A stretch of DNA of 64,000 bases from Minisyncoccota bacterium (GTDB lineage: Bacteria > Patescibacteriota > Minisyncoccia > UBA6257): positions 595 to 64,594 of the forward strand of contig DAOOKJ010000002.1 in assembly GCA_035385585.1 (NCBI GenBank), given 5' to 3'. Shown one piece after another: positions 8,382-19,125 of the stretch; position 1 is the first letter of the stretch; the number at the start of each line of letters is the position of its first letter. A program made the translations under genes and the position numbers. The notes beneath the pieces are model-generated. The model worked only from the letters and a program-made list of their open reading frames with translations, made no database searches and was not told the origin of the DNA.

Positions 8382-9794
8382 ATGAAAATTACTTTTTTTG
8401 GCGGCATAAATGAAATTGGCGGAAATAAGATTTTGATAGAGGAAAAAGGAACCTCTATTTTTTTAGATTTTGGCAAAAGTTATAAAGAATCCTCTCTCTA
8501 CTTTGAAGAATTTGTCAGTCCAAGGGCAGTTCATGGAATCAAAGACTATTTAGCCTTAGATTTGATTCCTCAAAAACAGGGTATTTACCGCAAAGACCTA
8601 GTTGAAATTTTAGAGAAAGAAAATTATGAAATATCCTCTTATGATAAGTTGTCCTTATCAGCAATTCTTCTTTCTCACCCCCATATGGACCACGCCGGCT
8701 ATCTTTCTTTTATAGACGAAAAAATTCCTGTTTATTTAACCAAAAATAGTCTTTTGGTATTAGAAACTTTTAATATTATTAAACCATCTAATTTAGAAAA
8801 TGAGATTTTTGAAATCAGTTATCCTCATTATTTTGACTCAAAGAAAAGAAAAAAACAGAAAAGAAATTTTAAAGAAGTTTCAAATTTAAAAGGGTTTAGG
8901 ATTAATGATTTAGAGATAACCCCGATTGCGGTTGACCATTCTGCGCCAGGAGCAACAATGTTCTTGATTAAATCTAAAGATAAAAAAATCCTTTATTCCG
9001 GCGATTTTCGGCTTTCAGAAATAGATAAAGAGCATTTAGAAAAAATTACCAGTTATCTTAAAAAAGAAAAAATTGATTATTTTCTGTGCGAAGGAACAAG
9101 AATTACAGAAGATAAAGTATTAAGAGAAAAAGAGGTTTATATTAAAGCCAAAGAAAGAATTTTAGATATTAAAGGACTGATAGTTGCTGATTATTCTTTA
9201 ACAGATACTACTCGCTTTTTAACTTTACAAAACCTTGCCAAGTCAATAAATAGAAAAATTGCCTTGCCATTTAACTATTTTGGCTATTTGATTTTCCTTA
9301 AAGAGAAAGGGTTCAACATTGATATTTCAAAAAATGTTATTTTATATGGTAAGAAAAAATCAAAATTAAAAAAATGGGAAAAAAATTTAATTAAAAAATA
9401 TCCTTTTGTTGAGGCGGATGAAATTCAAAAAAATCAAAAAGATTATTTTGTTATCCTGAATTTTTATCAAATTCAGGAATTAATTGATTTAAAGCCAGAT
9501 GAAAATTCTTATTTTTTAAGAGCCATTACTGAACCTCATTCAGAAGAAATGGAAATTTCTGAAGCAAGATTTGTTAATTGGATTAAGCATTTTGAAATGC
9601 AGGGCTTAACAGAGGAAGGGAAATTTGAAAGAGCGCATATTTCTGGTCATATCTCCGGCAAAGAATTAAAAGATTTTATTTCAAAAATTCAGCCCCATTT
9701 TATTATTCCTATTCATACCGAGCAACCGCAAGAATTCAAAAAAATTTATAAAAATGTTTTGATAGTGAAGAAAGGAGAAACAATTACCATATAA
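8382..9794 (+). CDS. MBL-fold / beta-CASP ribonuclease (RNase J-like)
   Basis: GGINEIGGN, DFG, SHPHMDH, VDHS, YSGDFR, CEGT, HISGH, PIHTE. Confidence 0.85.
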   Translation: MKITFFGGINEIGGNKILIEEKGTSIFLDFGKSYKESSLYFEEFVSPRAVHGIKDYLALDLIPQKQGIYRKDLVEILEKENYEISSYDKLSLSAILLSHPHMDHAGYLSFIDEKIPVYLTKNSLLVLETFNIIKPSNLENEIFEISYPHYFDSKKRKKQKRNFKEVSNLKGFRINDLEITPIAVDHSAPGATMFLIKSKDKKILYSGDFRLSEIDKEHLEKITSYLKKEKIDYFLCEGTRITEDKVLREKEVYIKAKERILDIKGLIVADYSLTDTTRFLTLQNLAKSINRKIALPFNYFGYLIFLKEKGFNIDISKNVILYGKKKSKLKKWEKNLIKKYPFVEADEIQKNQKDYFVILNFYQIQELIDLKPDENSYFLRAITEPHSEEMEISEARFVNWIKHFEMQGLTEEGKFERAHISGHISGKELKDFISKIQPHFIIPIHTEQPQEFKKIYKNVLIVKKGETITI

Positions 9795-9797
9795 CTT

Positions 9798-10628
9798 ATG
9801 ATTATCGATGGTAAACAACTCGCCTCTGAAATAATAGAGGAATTGAAACAAGAAAGAAAAAAAATCGCTAAAAAGATTCGTTTGGCGGTTGTTTTAGTTG
9901 GCAATGATTCTGCTTCTCTATCTTTCATTAAACAAAAAGAAAAAATTTGCCAAGAATTAGAAATCGATTTTCGTTTGTATCAATATCCTTTAGATATAAA
10001 AACAAAAGAATTAAGGCAAAAAATTTCTCAAATTTGCCGCAATAATTATAATCGGGGAGTAGTAGTTCAATTACCTTTGCCAAAACAAATTAAAAGCCAG
10101 TCAGTTCTTAATGCGGTTTTGCCGCTAAAAGATTGTGATTGTTTATCAGAAAAGAATTTAGGTCAATTTTATACTTTTAGAAGCAAGATTTTACCACCGA
10201 CAGTTGCGGCTATAAAATTTATTTTAGAAAAATACCAAATTTTAGTTAGAGGAGAAAATGTTTTAGTGATTGGTCGGGGGCAATTGGTTGGCAAGCCCGC
10301 CGCTTTATGGTTTATAAATGAAGGAGCAACTGTTTTAGTTTCAAATAGCAAAACAAAAGACTTAAAAGAATTATTAAAATGGGCGGATATCATTGTTTCT
10401 TCTGCTGGGGTGCCAAATTTAATTAATGGCGACGATATAAAAGAGGGGGCAGTAGTAATTGATGCTGCAGTTGTCTCAGAAGCCGGGCAATTAAAGGGTG
10501 ATTGCAATTTTAATTCAGTTAAAGAAAAAACCAAAATTATTACCCCAGTACCGGGAGGAATCGGCCCCTTGACAGTTGCCTTTTTATTTAAAAATTTGCT
10601 GACATTGACCAAACTTCAAAAGAAATAG
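9798..10628 (+). CDS. folD: Bifunctional methylene-THF dehydrogenase/cyclohydrolase
   Basis: IIDGK, VQLPLP, IGRGQLVGKP, TPVPGGIGPLTVA. Confidence 0.95.
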   Translation: MIIDGKQLASEIIEELKQERKKIAKKIRLAVVLVGNDSASLSFIKQKEKICQELEIDFRLYQYPLDIKTKELRQKISQICRNNYNRGVVVQLPLPKQIKSQSVLNAVLPLKDCDCLSEKNLGQFYTFRSKILPPTVAAIKFILEKYQILVRGENVLVIGRGQLVGKPAALWFINEGATVLVSNSKTKDLKELLKWADIIVSSAGVPNLINGDDIKEGAVVIDAAVVSEAGQLKGDCNFNSVKEKTKIITPVPGGIGPLTVAFLFKNLLTLTKLQKK

Positions 10629-10685
10629 TATAATGTCTGTATCCTGTATCTTTTATTTATTATTTTTTATTTTTGATTTATTATT

Positions 10686-12251
10686 ATGTTTGATATTTTA
10701 ATTAAAAAAGGATTGGTTTTTGACGGTTTGGCTAATGAGCCGAAAATTTTAGATTTAGCCATTAAAGATGGAAAAATCTCTAAAATTGGTAATCTTAAAA
10801 ACGAAAAAGCAAAAACAGAAATTAATGCTGAGGGTTTTTATGTTTGCCCTGGTTTTTTAGAAATTAACTCTCTTGCCGATAGGGATTTTAGTGTTTTTTT
10901 AAAGCCAGCGGCAGAAAATTATCTTCTTCAGGGGGTAACAACGGTAATTGGCGGAGCGGGTGGCGCCTCGCTTTATCCATTAATTAGCGGTTCTTTAGAA
11001 TCTTTAAACAAATGGCTTGATTATCAGCAAATTAACATAAAATGGCAAAGAATAGGTGATTTTTTTGCTATTTTAGAAAAAAGAGGATTAGGAGTAAATT
11101 TTGGTAGTTTAATTAGTTGGGCAACCATAAGGAGTGATTTTACAAAGCGAGAATTCAGAACTTTATCAAAAGAAGAAAAAGAAAAATTAAAGTTTATTGT
11201 AGAAGAGAGTTTAAAAGAGGGAGCTTTGGGAATAGCTTTTGCTTTAGGGTCAGAAGAAGAAAGAGCAGTAGGAATAGAAGAGATTTTAGAAATTGGAGAA
11301 ATCGTGAAAAAATTTAAGGGTTATTTAGGGTTTAGCCTAAGAGATGAATCGGATGGTTTTTTGTCAAGCACAAGAGAAGTTTGTGAAGTTTCAATTAGGG
11401 GAAAATTGCCTATTGAAATATACCAATTAAAGGTTTTAGGAGAAAATAACCATAAATTCTTTAAAGATGCCCTAAAGTTTATTGAAGACGCTAATAAAAA
11501 AGAAGAATTAATAAATTTTGACCTTTCACCTTATGAGAGTACTGTTTTACCGCTGATGTCGTATCTTCCTGATTGGGCGGCAGTTGGAGGTTGGCCGGTT
11601 TTTTTAAAAAATATTCGGGAAGAGATTATATACAAAAAATTAATTCAGGATTTAAAAAGAAAAAGAAATCTTATCAGTAATTTAATTGTAACCAGTTCTG
11701 AAAATGAACCATTTTTTGTCGCTAAAAGTTTAAAAGAATTAGCCAAAGGATTTAATTTGACACCCGAGGAAACCCTGCTAAAAATTTTAGAAATAAATAA
11801 CGGTCGGGTTTTTGTTTTTTCCAAAAATCTTTCTCCGGAAAATGTCAAAATGGGAATTGCTTCAGAATTTTCCTTTGTTTCAGCGGAAAGCGGGTTCTAC
11901 AATAAAGAAGAAAAATCTCAATCATTAATTCATCCCAAGTCCTTTGATACTTTCATAAGATTTCTAAATGACTGGTCATTGAAAAATAAAATTCTTCCTT
12001 TAGAACAGGCAATTTACAAAATTACTGGTAAAGTAGCAAAAAAAATTGGTCTAAACAACAGAGGGTTTATAAAAGAAAATAATTGGGCTGATGTCATTAT
12101 TCTGTCGCCGGAAAAATTAAACTCTCTGGCAACTTATAAAAATCCTTATCTTTCTCCCGCAGGAATTGGAACTGTTATTATTAATGGAAAAATTGCTTAT
12201 AATAAAGGGATTATTAGCGAAGAGAGAGTCGGAAAAATTATAAGGCGCTAA
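10686..12251 (+). CDS. N-acyl-D-amino-acid deacylase-like amidohydrolase with degenerate metal ligands
   Basis: Fold motifs are present (DLAIKDGKI, CPGF, LQGVTT, ADV, VIING), but the HxH site reads EINSLAD. Confidence 0.8.
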   Translation: MFDILIKKGLVFDGLANEPKILDLAIKDGKISKIGNLKNEKAKTEINAEGFYVCPGFLEINSLADRDFSVFLKPAAENYLLQGVTTVIGGAGGASLYPLISGSLESLNKWLDYQQINIKWQRIGDFFAILEKRGLGVNFGSLISWATIRSDFTKREFRTLSKEEKEKLKFIVEESLKEGALGIAFALGSEEERAVGIEEILEIGEIVKKFKGYLGFSLRDESDGFLSSTREVCEVSIRGKLPIEIYQLKVLGENNHKFFKDALKFIEDANKKEELINFDLSPYESTVLPLMSYLPDWAAVGGWPVFLKNIREEIIYKKLIQDLKRKRNLISNLIVTSSENEPFFVAKSLKELAKGFNLTPEETLLKILEINNGRVFVFSKNLSPENVKMGIASEFSFVSAESGFYNKEEKSQSLIHPKSFDTFIRFLNDWSLKNKILPLEQAIYKITGKVAKKIGLNNRGFIKENNWADVIILSPEKLNSLATYKNPYLSPAGIGTVIINGKIAYNKGIISEERVGKIIRR

Positions 12252-12377
12252 CTTTATACCTAACAATCTTTTTTTAGGTGAGGGGTTGATTTTTGCCCTT
12301 TATATTGATATAATGTGTTGATATAAGGTGTAGCAATTAGCCGCATTGAATTTTAAATAAATTTAAATTTTGAGTTT

Positions 12378-12435
12378 CTTGTCCGCCCAAACCCCGCCTT
12401 TTTTGAAAGAAGAGCGGGATTTGGACGGGTGAAAC
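12378..12435. repeat. REP-like palindrome, family B, copy 2
   Basis: cttgtccgcccaaaccccgccttttttgaaagaagagcgggatttggacgggtgaa. Confidence 0.8.
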
Positions 12436-12460
12436 TTTTGACTTTTGAATTATTATTAAT

Positions 12461-13468
12461 ATGTTAGTCCGTCATTTGGGCATAGATTTGGGTACTGTCA
12501 ATACTTTAGTTTTTATTCCAAAAAAGGGCGTCGTAACAAACGAGCCCTCAATTGTTGCTATTACCATTGATGACAACAAAGTTTTAGCGATTGGCTCAGA
12601 AGCCAGAGAAATGTTAGGTAGAACTCCAGAAATAATTAAAACTTATAAACCGTTAAAAGACGGCGTAATAGCCGATTACCGAGTTACTCAGGCAATGCTT
12701 AAATATTTTATTGATAAAGCATTGGGACCATGGCGTTTAGTTAAGCCTGATGTAGTAATATCGGTGCCGGCAGGAATTACCTCAACAGAACAAAGAGCAG
12801 TAATTGAAGCAGCCCGAGAGGCTGGCGCAAAAGAGGCTTATGTAGTAAGAGAACCAATTTTGGCCGCTTTAGGTGCTGAAGTGCCAATAAATTCTCCTCA
12901 GGGAAATATGATTGTCAACATCGGTGGCGGGACAACAGAGGTAGCAGTAATTTCTTTGGGAGGAATTGTTAGTTGGTTTTCAGTAAGAGTAGGAGGTATT
13001 AAAATGGATGAAGCAATTGCCGATTATATAAAGAAAAAATACAATTTAGCAGTTGGAGAAAGGACGGCTGAGAATATAAAAATAGAAATCGGCACTGCTT
13101 TACCTTTAAAACAAAAACAGGAAATAGAAATTAGAGGATTAGATTTAGGGGAAGGTTTACCAAAAAATATTATTATGAATTCAAATGAAATTGTTGAGGC
13201 AATTCAAACACCGCTTCAGGAAATTATCAAAGCAGTAAAATATGTTTTAGCCGAAACCCCTCCAGAATTAGCGGCTGATATTATGGAAAAAGGAATGTTT
13301 ATTTCTGGCGGCGGCGCTCTTTTAAAGAATATCGATGCTTTAATTACTAAAGTCACAGGAGTGCCAAGTTATATTGCTGAAGAGCCTCTTTTCTGCGTTG
13401 CTAAAGGAACAGGGGTAATTTTAGATAATTTAGAACTTTATAAAAGAAGCATTACCACTTATCGATAA
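12461..13468 (+). CDS. mreB: Rod shape-determining protein MreB (paralog 1)
   Basis: GIDLGT, PLKDGVIAD, (N)IGGGTTEVA, SGGGALL. Confidence 0.93.
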   Translation: MLVRHLGIDLGTVNTLVFIPKKGVVTNEPSIVAITIDDNKVLAIGSEAREMLGRTPEIIKTYKPLKDGVIADYRVTQAMLKYFIDKALGPWRLVKPDVVISVPAGITSTEQRAVIEAAREAGAKEAYVVREPILAALGAEVPINSPQGNMIVNIGGGTTEVAVISLGGIVSWFSVRVGGIKMDEAIADYIKKKYNLAVGERTAENIKIEIGTALPLKQKQEIEIRGLDLGEGLPKNIIMNSNEIVEAIQTPLQEIIKAVKYVLAETPPELAADIMEKGMFISGGGALLKNIDALITKVTGVPSYIAEEPLFCVAKGTGVILDNLELYKRSITTYR

Positions 13469-13493
13469 GTTAATTCTTTTGTTAAGTCTTTTA

Positions 13494-13529
13494 TCTGCTC
13501 TAATATTGCTTCAGCAGTATTTGAGCAGA
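13494..13529. repeat. Family A element, internally deleted (ends only)
   Basis: tctgctctaatattgcttcagcagtatttgagcaga. Confidence 0.65.
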
Positions 13530-13571
13530 CCCTAAAACAAAGGTAAAAATTCACTTTTTTCCTTGCAATCT

Positions 13572-14546
13572 ATGATATTTCCTAATGAAAGGATTAAAAA
13601 GTTTTTAGAAAGCCTTCTTGAACATAAAGAATCACAAATTCAGAGTATGCTTTTTTGGGGAGAAAAAGGGACAGGAAAAATGACTACTGCTTTAAATTTC
13701 GCAAACTCTTTATTATGCTTAAATCAAAAAAAATGGGAAGGTTGCGGAAATTGTGTAAGTTGTCAATTACTAAAAAAAGGTCTTCATCCGGATTTAAGAA
13801 TTATTGATACTTTAAAAGATACTATTTCGATTGATGAGATAAAAGGAAAAGAGATAGAAAATAAAGAAGGACTAATTCAATTCTTATCTTTTTATCCTCA
13901 AGTTTCCCCATTTAGAATTGTAATCATAAATGAGGCAGAAAAACTTTCTTTAGATGCCCAAAATGCTTTTTTAAAAACTTTAGAAGAACCGCCACCTCAT
14001 TCAATTATTATTTTAACCTCTAATGAGCCAGATAAATTGCTTCCCACGGTTTATTCCCGGCTTTTGACTTTAAGGTTTAATCGTTTGCCGAAAGAAAAAC
14101 TTAAAAAATATCTTGCTAAAGAATATTCCCTAGAGGAAAAAGTGGCAGAAAAAATTGCTCTTCAAAGTAATGGAAAAATTGGATTGGCAATTAAACTTTT
14201 AGATAAAGAATTTGTTCAAAAGAGAAGTAGATTATGGCAGGAATTTTTAGAGATGATAAAAAATAATTTTATTTTTCGCTCCTTGTATTTAGAAAATAAA
14301 TTGAAATTCATTAAAAAACAGCAAGAAGTTCAAAATGGAGAGGGTAAAGATACCTCTCAAATAAAAGAAATGATTAGTATTTGGTTAGAAAATTTAGAAC
14401 ACGAAATTAGAGAAGAAAAAGATTTGTCATTAACGCAAGAAAAGAAAATAAATTTGGCAAAAGAACTATTAAATGCTTATAACCTAATTAGTTTTTCTAA
14501 TATTAATATTCAACTTCTTTTAGAAAATATATTTTTAACAGTTTAG
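13572..14546 (+). CDS. holB: DNA polymerase III delta' subunit
   Basis: GEKGTGK, CGNCVSC...HPD, AQNAFLKTLEEPP, LPTVYSR. Confidence 0.88.
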   Translation: MIFPNERIKKFLESLLEHKESQIQSMLFWGEKGTGKMTTALNFANSLLCLNQKKWEGCGNCVSCQLLKKGLHPDLRIIDTLKDTISIDEIKGKEIENKEGLIQFLSFYPQVSPFRIVIINEAEKLSLDAQNAFLKTLEEPPPHSIIILTSNEPDKLLPTVYSRLLTLRFNRLPKEKLKKYLAKEYSLEEKVAEKIALQSNGKIGLAIKLLDKEFVQKRSRLWQEFLEMIKNNFIFRSLYLENKLKFIKKQQEVQNGEGKDTSQIKEMISIWLENLEHEIREEKDLSLTQEKKINLAKELLNAYNLISFSNINIQLLLENIFLTV

Positions 14547-14590
14547 AATGTCTTTGTTGGGACAGACATCCATAATACTTAGTTAATTCA

Positions 14591-15148
14591 ATGTCTTCTG
14601 AAATCACAAAAAATTTAGAAAAAGCAGCCCAAGAAATAACTGAGTCATTTCACTCAGAGATTTTGAGTTTAAGAACTTCGCGGCCATCTCCTTCTTTGGT
14701 AGAAAATATTTCAGTTGAATCTTACGGAAATTTTTTGCCCTTAAAACACCTTGCTTCAATTTCCATTATGCCGCCAAATATTATTTCTATTGAACCGTGG
14801 GACAAATCGCTTTTAAATAATATCAAGAAAGCAATTGAGGCTTCTAATTTAGGTTTAACGCCGCAATTAGAAGCGAATCAACTGCGGCTTTACCTTCCAC
14901 CTTTAACTAAAGAGCGAAAGGAAGAATTAATCAAAATATTAAATCTTAAAAAAGAGGATTTTAGAATTAAACTGCGTCAGTTAAGGGAAGAGACCCTGCA
15001 GAATATTAAAGAACTATTTGAGAAAAAAGAGATTAGCGAAGATGAAAAATTTAGACTCAAAGACGAAATTCAAAAAATTATAGATAAAAGCAATGAAAAA
15101 TTAGATGAATACGAAACAAATAAGAAAAAAGAAATAGAAGAAGGATAA
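14591..15148 (+). CDS. frr: Ribosome recycling factor
   Basis: LRTSRPSP, IEPWDKS, LPPLTKERKEEL. Confidence 0.93.
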   Translation: MSSEITKNLEKAAQEITESFHSEILSLRTSRPSPSLVENISVESYGNFLPLKHLASISIMPPNIISIEPWDKSLLNNIKKAIEASNLGLTPQLEANQLRLYLPPLTKERKEELIKILNLKKEDFRIKLRQLREETLQNIKELFEKKEISEDEKFRLKDEIQKIIDKSNEKLDEYETNKKKEIEEG

Positions 15149-15149
15149 T

Positions 15150-15953
15150 ATGATTGGCTTTATTTTGGCATTAATATCTTTAAGTCTTACACTTATTATT
15201 CACGAATGGGGGCATTTTTTATTCGCCAGAAAATTTAAAGTTAGGGTTGACGAGTTTGGAATTGGATACCCGCCACGGCTTTTTAGTGTTAAAAAAAATG
15301 GGGTAGTTTACTCAATAAATGCCATCCCTTTTGGGGCTTTAACTGCTATTTACGAGGGAGACAAAAACAATCCGGAAAAAGATAGTTTTCACGCCCAATC
15401 GTTCTGGAAAAAGTTTTTGATTCTTTTTGCCGGCCCTTTATTTAATTTTCTGTTAGCCTATTTTATTTTTATTCTCCTTTTTACCATTGGTATGCCGCAA
15501 ATTTTAATTCCCGAATCTTTTGGACAAATTAGTTTGAAGGTTCCATTTTATTTAGCACCGATTAAAGCGCTGGAGTTTTTAGGAACTCTTTTGAAAGAAA
15601 CGTTTATTGGTTTTGGAAGATTATTGGTTAATTTTTTTTTGAGATTAGATATCAGTGAACTTGTTGGCCCCGTAGGAATAATGGCTATATCTAGTAAGGC
15701 TTTTGAGATAAATATTAGTTACGGCCTATATATTTTAGGACTTATTTCCTTTGGCTTTGCGACCTTTAACTGGCTGCCAATTCCGGCGCTTGACGGTGGC
15801 AGAATCCTTTTTTTATTAATAGGAAAAATACGGAAAAAAGAAGTAAGCCAGGCGACGGAAAATGCTATTAATAACTTTGTTTTTGTAATGCTTTTAATTT
15901 TAATGCTTTTTGTCACTGTCAAAGATGTCAAATTATTTATCTTAAAAAGTTAA
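15150..15953 (+). CDS. Site-2 (M50/RseP-like) intramembrane metalloprotease, no PDZ domain
   Basis: HEWGH, AGPLFN, NWLPIPALDGG. Confidence 0.9.
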   Translation: MIGFILALISLSLTLIIHEWGHFLFARKFKVRVDEFGIGYPPRLFSVKKNGVVYSINAIPFGALTAIYEGDKNNPEKDSFHAQSFWKKFLILFAGPLFNFLLAYFIFILLFTIGMPQILIPESFGQISLKVPFYLAPIKALEFLGTLLKETFIGFGRLLVNFFLRLDISELVGPVGIMAISSKAFEINISYGLYILGLISFGFATFNWLPIPALDGGRILFLLIGKIRKKEVSQATENAINNFVFVMLLILMLFVTVKDVKLFILKS

Positions 15954-15970
15954 GAGATTTATTTTTTAAA

Positions 15971-17218
15971 ATGAGATTTTCTTCTTTAAAATGGAAATCG
16001 TTAAAAGAAGTACCTAAAGATGGCAAAACAGACGGTACTTCGCTTTTAATTAAAGCCGGCTTTATTGAAAAAGTCGGAGCGGGAATCTATGATTACCTTC
16101 CTTTTGGCCTATCAATTTTAAACAAAATTGCCGCGGTAATAAGGCAAGAAATGAAAAATATTGGCGCTCAGGAGATTTTAATGCCAAGCCTTCATCCTTT
16201 GAGTTATTGGCAACAAACTAAAAGAGATAAAAGTTTTAATGCTTTATTTAAAATTAAATCCCGGTTTCATAATGAATACGTTTTGGGGCCAACTCATGAA
16301 GAAATCGTCGTTCCTTTGGCAAAAAGGTACATCTCTTCGTATAAAGATTTGCCATTATATTTATTTCAAATCCAAACAAAGTTTAGAGACGAACCGAGAC
16401 CAAAAGCGGGAATCCTTAGAGCAAAAGAATTTTTAATGAAAGACTTATATAGTTTCCATTCTGACGAAAAAGATTTGGATATTTATTACGAAAAAGTGAA
16501 AAATAGTTATACAAAAATTTTTAATGCTTTGAAACTCAAAGCCGTTATTACCGAAGCCTCTGGCGGTACTTTTTCTAAACTTTCCCACGAATTTCAGGCG
16601 CCATCTAAAAATGGCGAAGATATAATTTTTTATTGCGAAAAATGTGGATTTTCACGTAATAAAGAAATAGCAAAAAACATTAAGCAATGCCCAAATTGTC
16701 ATAATTTATTAACAAAAATTAAAAGCATAGAGGTGGCTAACATTTTTAAATTAAAAGACAGATATTCAAAACCTTTCAATTTAACTTATAAGAACAAAAA
16801 TGGCGAAGACGATTTTGTAATGATGGGCTGTTACGGAATAGGGATTTCAAGAATTTTAGGAACCTTGGCAGAAGTCTACCATGATGATAGAGGCTTTGTT
16901 TGGCCAGATTTAGTCGCTCCTTATACATATCATTTAATTTCTTTAAAAACAAAAGACGATAAAATAAATAGAGAAATCAATAAAACTTCAGAAAAAATTT
17001 ATAATTTTCTCTTACAAAATAAAAAAGAGGTTGTCTATGATGACCGAGATATTTCTACTGGCGAAAAGTTCTATGATGCTGATTTAATTGGCGCGCCAAT
17101 AAGAATTGTGGTTAGCGAAAAAACCCTAAAAGAGAAGTCCTTTGAAATCAAAAAAAGAAATTCAAATTCTTTCCAGTTGATAAAACTAGAAAAATGTGAT
17201 AAATTATTAGCAAAATAA
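15971..17218 (+). CDS. proS: Proline--tRNA ligase (short form without editing domain)
   Basis: LGPTHEE, KFRDEPRP, EFLMKDLYSF, MGCYGIG. Confidence 0.93.
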   Translation: MRFSSLKWKSLKEVPKDGKTDGTSLLIKAGFIEKVGAGIYDYLPFGLSILNKIAAVIRQEMKNIGAQEILMPSLHPLSYWQQTKRDKSFNALFKIKSRFHNEYVLGPTHEEIVVPLAKRYISSYKDLPLYLFQIQTKFRDEPRPKAGILRAKEFLMKDLYSFHSDEKDLDIYYEKVKNSYTKIFNALKLKAVITEASGGTFSKLSHEFQAPSKNGEDIIFYCEKCGFSRNKEIAKNIKQCPNCHNLLTKIKSIEVANIFKLKDRYSKPFNLTYKNKNGEDDFVMMGCYGIGISRILGTLAEVYHDDRGFVWPDLVAPYTYHLISLKTKDDKINREINKTSEKIYNFLLQNKKEVVYDDRDISTGEKFYDADLIGAPIRIVVSEKTLKEKSFEIKKRNSNSFQLIKLEKCDKLLAK

Positions 17219-17249
17219 ACAATATGATACAATTATATATTAAATTTCT

Positions 17250-18305
17250 ATGGCTTTAGTTCCGAAAATATTTAATTATAATATTGGCATAGATCTAGGC
17301 ACTACTAAAACCTTAGTTTATGTAAGAGATAAGGGGATTTTAGTTCATGAGCCAACAGTTGTTGCTGTCAATAACAAAACTAACCAGATTATTGCCGTTG
17401 GAAAAGAGGCTTATGAAATGATTGGTAAAACCCCTCCCCATATTACTGCTTCCCGCCCCTTAACAAATGGTGTTATTTCTGATTTTGAAATCGCGGAAAA
17501 ATTTATTCGTTATCTTCTAGAAAAAATAAAGAGAAAAGGAATTTTAAATAGTATTTTCGATTGGCCAAGATTAACTATCAGCATTCCAACTGGCGGAACT
17601 GAAGTTGAAAAAAGAGCGGTTGAGGAGGCGGCAAAAAACGCCGGCGCCAAAGAAGTTTATTTAATTGAGGAGCCAATGGCAGTTGCCTTAGGCACCCGTT
17701 GGCCGGTTTTACAGTCAAATGGAATTTTAGTTGCCGATATCGGTGGAGGGACGACAGAAGTGGCAGTAATTTCCTTAGGAGGGGTGGTTGTTTCAAACAG
17801 TATCAGGATTGCGGGAAATAAATTGAATGAAGATATAATTTATTATTTTCGCGATAAATTCAAAATGGCAATTGGCGAAAAAACAGCCGAAAATATTAAA
17901 ATTATTCTTGGCTCCGCAATTGATTTAGGCACTAATTCTGATATGAAAATTAAAGGGAGAGATTTAACCCATGGTTTACCGAAAGAAATCAAAATTAGAG
18001 CAGAAGATATAAGAGAGGCAATTACTCCCTCGCTTTTAAAAATAATTGATGCCATTAAATCAACAATTGAAGCCACCCCGCCAGAATTAGTTGGCGATAT
18101 TATGACTGAAGGGGTGCTGCTTTCCGGTGGTACCAGTCTTTTAAAAGGACTGGATAAATTAATAGAAAATTCAGTAGGTTTAAAAGTAAAATTAATTGAA
18201 GATCCAATTACTTCTGTCATTAGGGGAATCGGAGTGATAATGGAAGATTTCCCAACTTATAAAAACTGTCTGACTAATATTAGCAGAGAAAAACCGCCAA
18301 TTTAA
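17250..18305 (+). CDS. mreB: Rod shape-determining protein MreB (paralog 2, in the mreBCD-mrdA operon)
   Basis: GIDLGT, DIGGGTTEVA; directly upstream of mreC. Confidence 0.95.
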   Translation: MALVPKIFNYNIGIDLGTTKTLVYVRDKGILVHEPTVVAVNNKTNQIIAVGKEAYEMIGKTPPHITASRPLTNGVISDFEIAEKFIRYLLEKIKRKGILNSIFDWPRLTISIPTGGTEVEKRAVEEAAKNAGAKEVYLIEEPMAVALGTRWPVLQSNGILVADIGGGTTEVAVISLGGVVVSNSIRIAGNKLNEDIIYYFRDKFKMAIGEKTAENIKIILGSAIDLGTNSDMKIKGRDLTHGLPKEIKIRAEDIREAITPSLLKIIDAIKSTIEATPPELVGDIMTEGVLLSGGTSLLKGLDKLIENSVGLKVKLIEDPITSVIRGIGVIMEDFPTYKNCLTNISREKPPI

Positions 18306-18306
18306 G

Positions 18307-19125
18307 ATGAAAAGAGAGATAAAAATCAACAAATTATTGACAAAAGTGATTATTATAATCACTTTTATTGTTATTTTTAAAGTGTATCTTGAACAAAAAT
18401 CTTTTTTAGAGAATGCAATAGTTCAGGCAGCCGTAGGCGTAAATCAAAACACTTCTCTTTTTTCCCCTTTCACTTCACTTCAATTATGGTTTTCCGATTT
18501 ATTTCATTTTAATCAAATTAGGGAAGAGTATGCTAGTTTGAAAGAAGAAAATGTAAATTTAATCCGAGAGGTCAGTTACCTTTCTTCTCTAAAAGAAGAA
18601 AATGAAATTTTAAGAGAGGCGCTCAAAATAAAAGAAGAGAAAAAGTGGCATTTGATTCCGGCAAAAGTTATCCTGACGGATCCAACAGGTTTGAGTGGTA
18701 ATTTCTGGATAAATAAAGGTTTAAATGATAATCTTAGAGAGGGGATGAATGTGATTACTAATAACGAGGTTTTAGTTGGTCGAATAACAAAATGTTACAA
18801 TCAAAGTTCTAAAGTTGAATCTATTTTTGCCCCGGGAATTAGAATCGGGGTAGAAAATTTAAGGTCAAACATTTTAGCAGTAGCAGAAAGGGATTTTCAG
18901 GGGAATTTCTATCTTAAATTAATTCCTCCAAACGCAGATATTGAAGTAAACGATATACTTGTTACTTCTAGTGAAAATTCTTTTTATGTAAAGGGGTTAC
19001 TAGTGGCAAAGGTCAAAGAAAAAACGCCTACCTCAAAAATTCCGGAAAAGGAGTATGTTTTGGAAACATTTCTAAATCATCTAAAACTCCAGGATGTTTT
19101 GATTATTACCGATTTTAGTATTTAG
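18307..19125 (+). CDS. mreC: Rod shape-determining protein MreC
   Basis: TM helix, coiled coil (LKEENEILREAL), INKG...LVGRI; operon position. Confidence 0.88.
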   Translation: MKREIKINKLLTKVIIIITFIVIFKVYLEQKSFLENAIVQAAVGVNQNTSLFSPFTSLQLWFSDLFHFNQIREEYASLKEENVNLIREVSYLSSLKEENEILREALKIKEEKKWHLIPAKVILTDPTGLSGNFWINKGLNDNLREGMNVITNNEVLVGRITKCYNQSSKVESIFAPGIRIGVENLRSNILAVAERDFQGNFYLKLIPPNADIEVNDILVTSSENSFYVKGLLVAKVKEKTPTSKIPEKEYVLETFLNHLKLQDVLIITDFSI

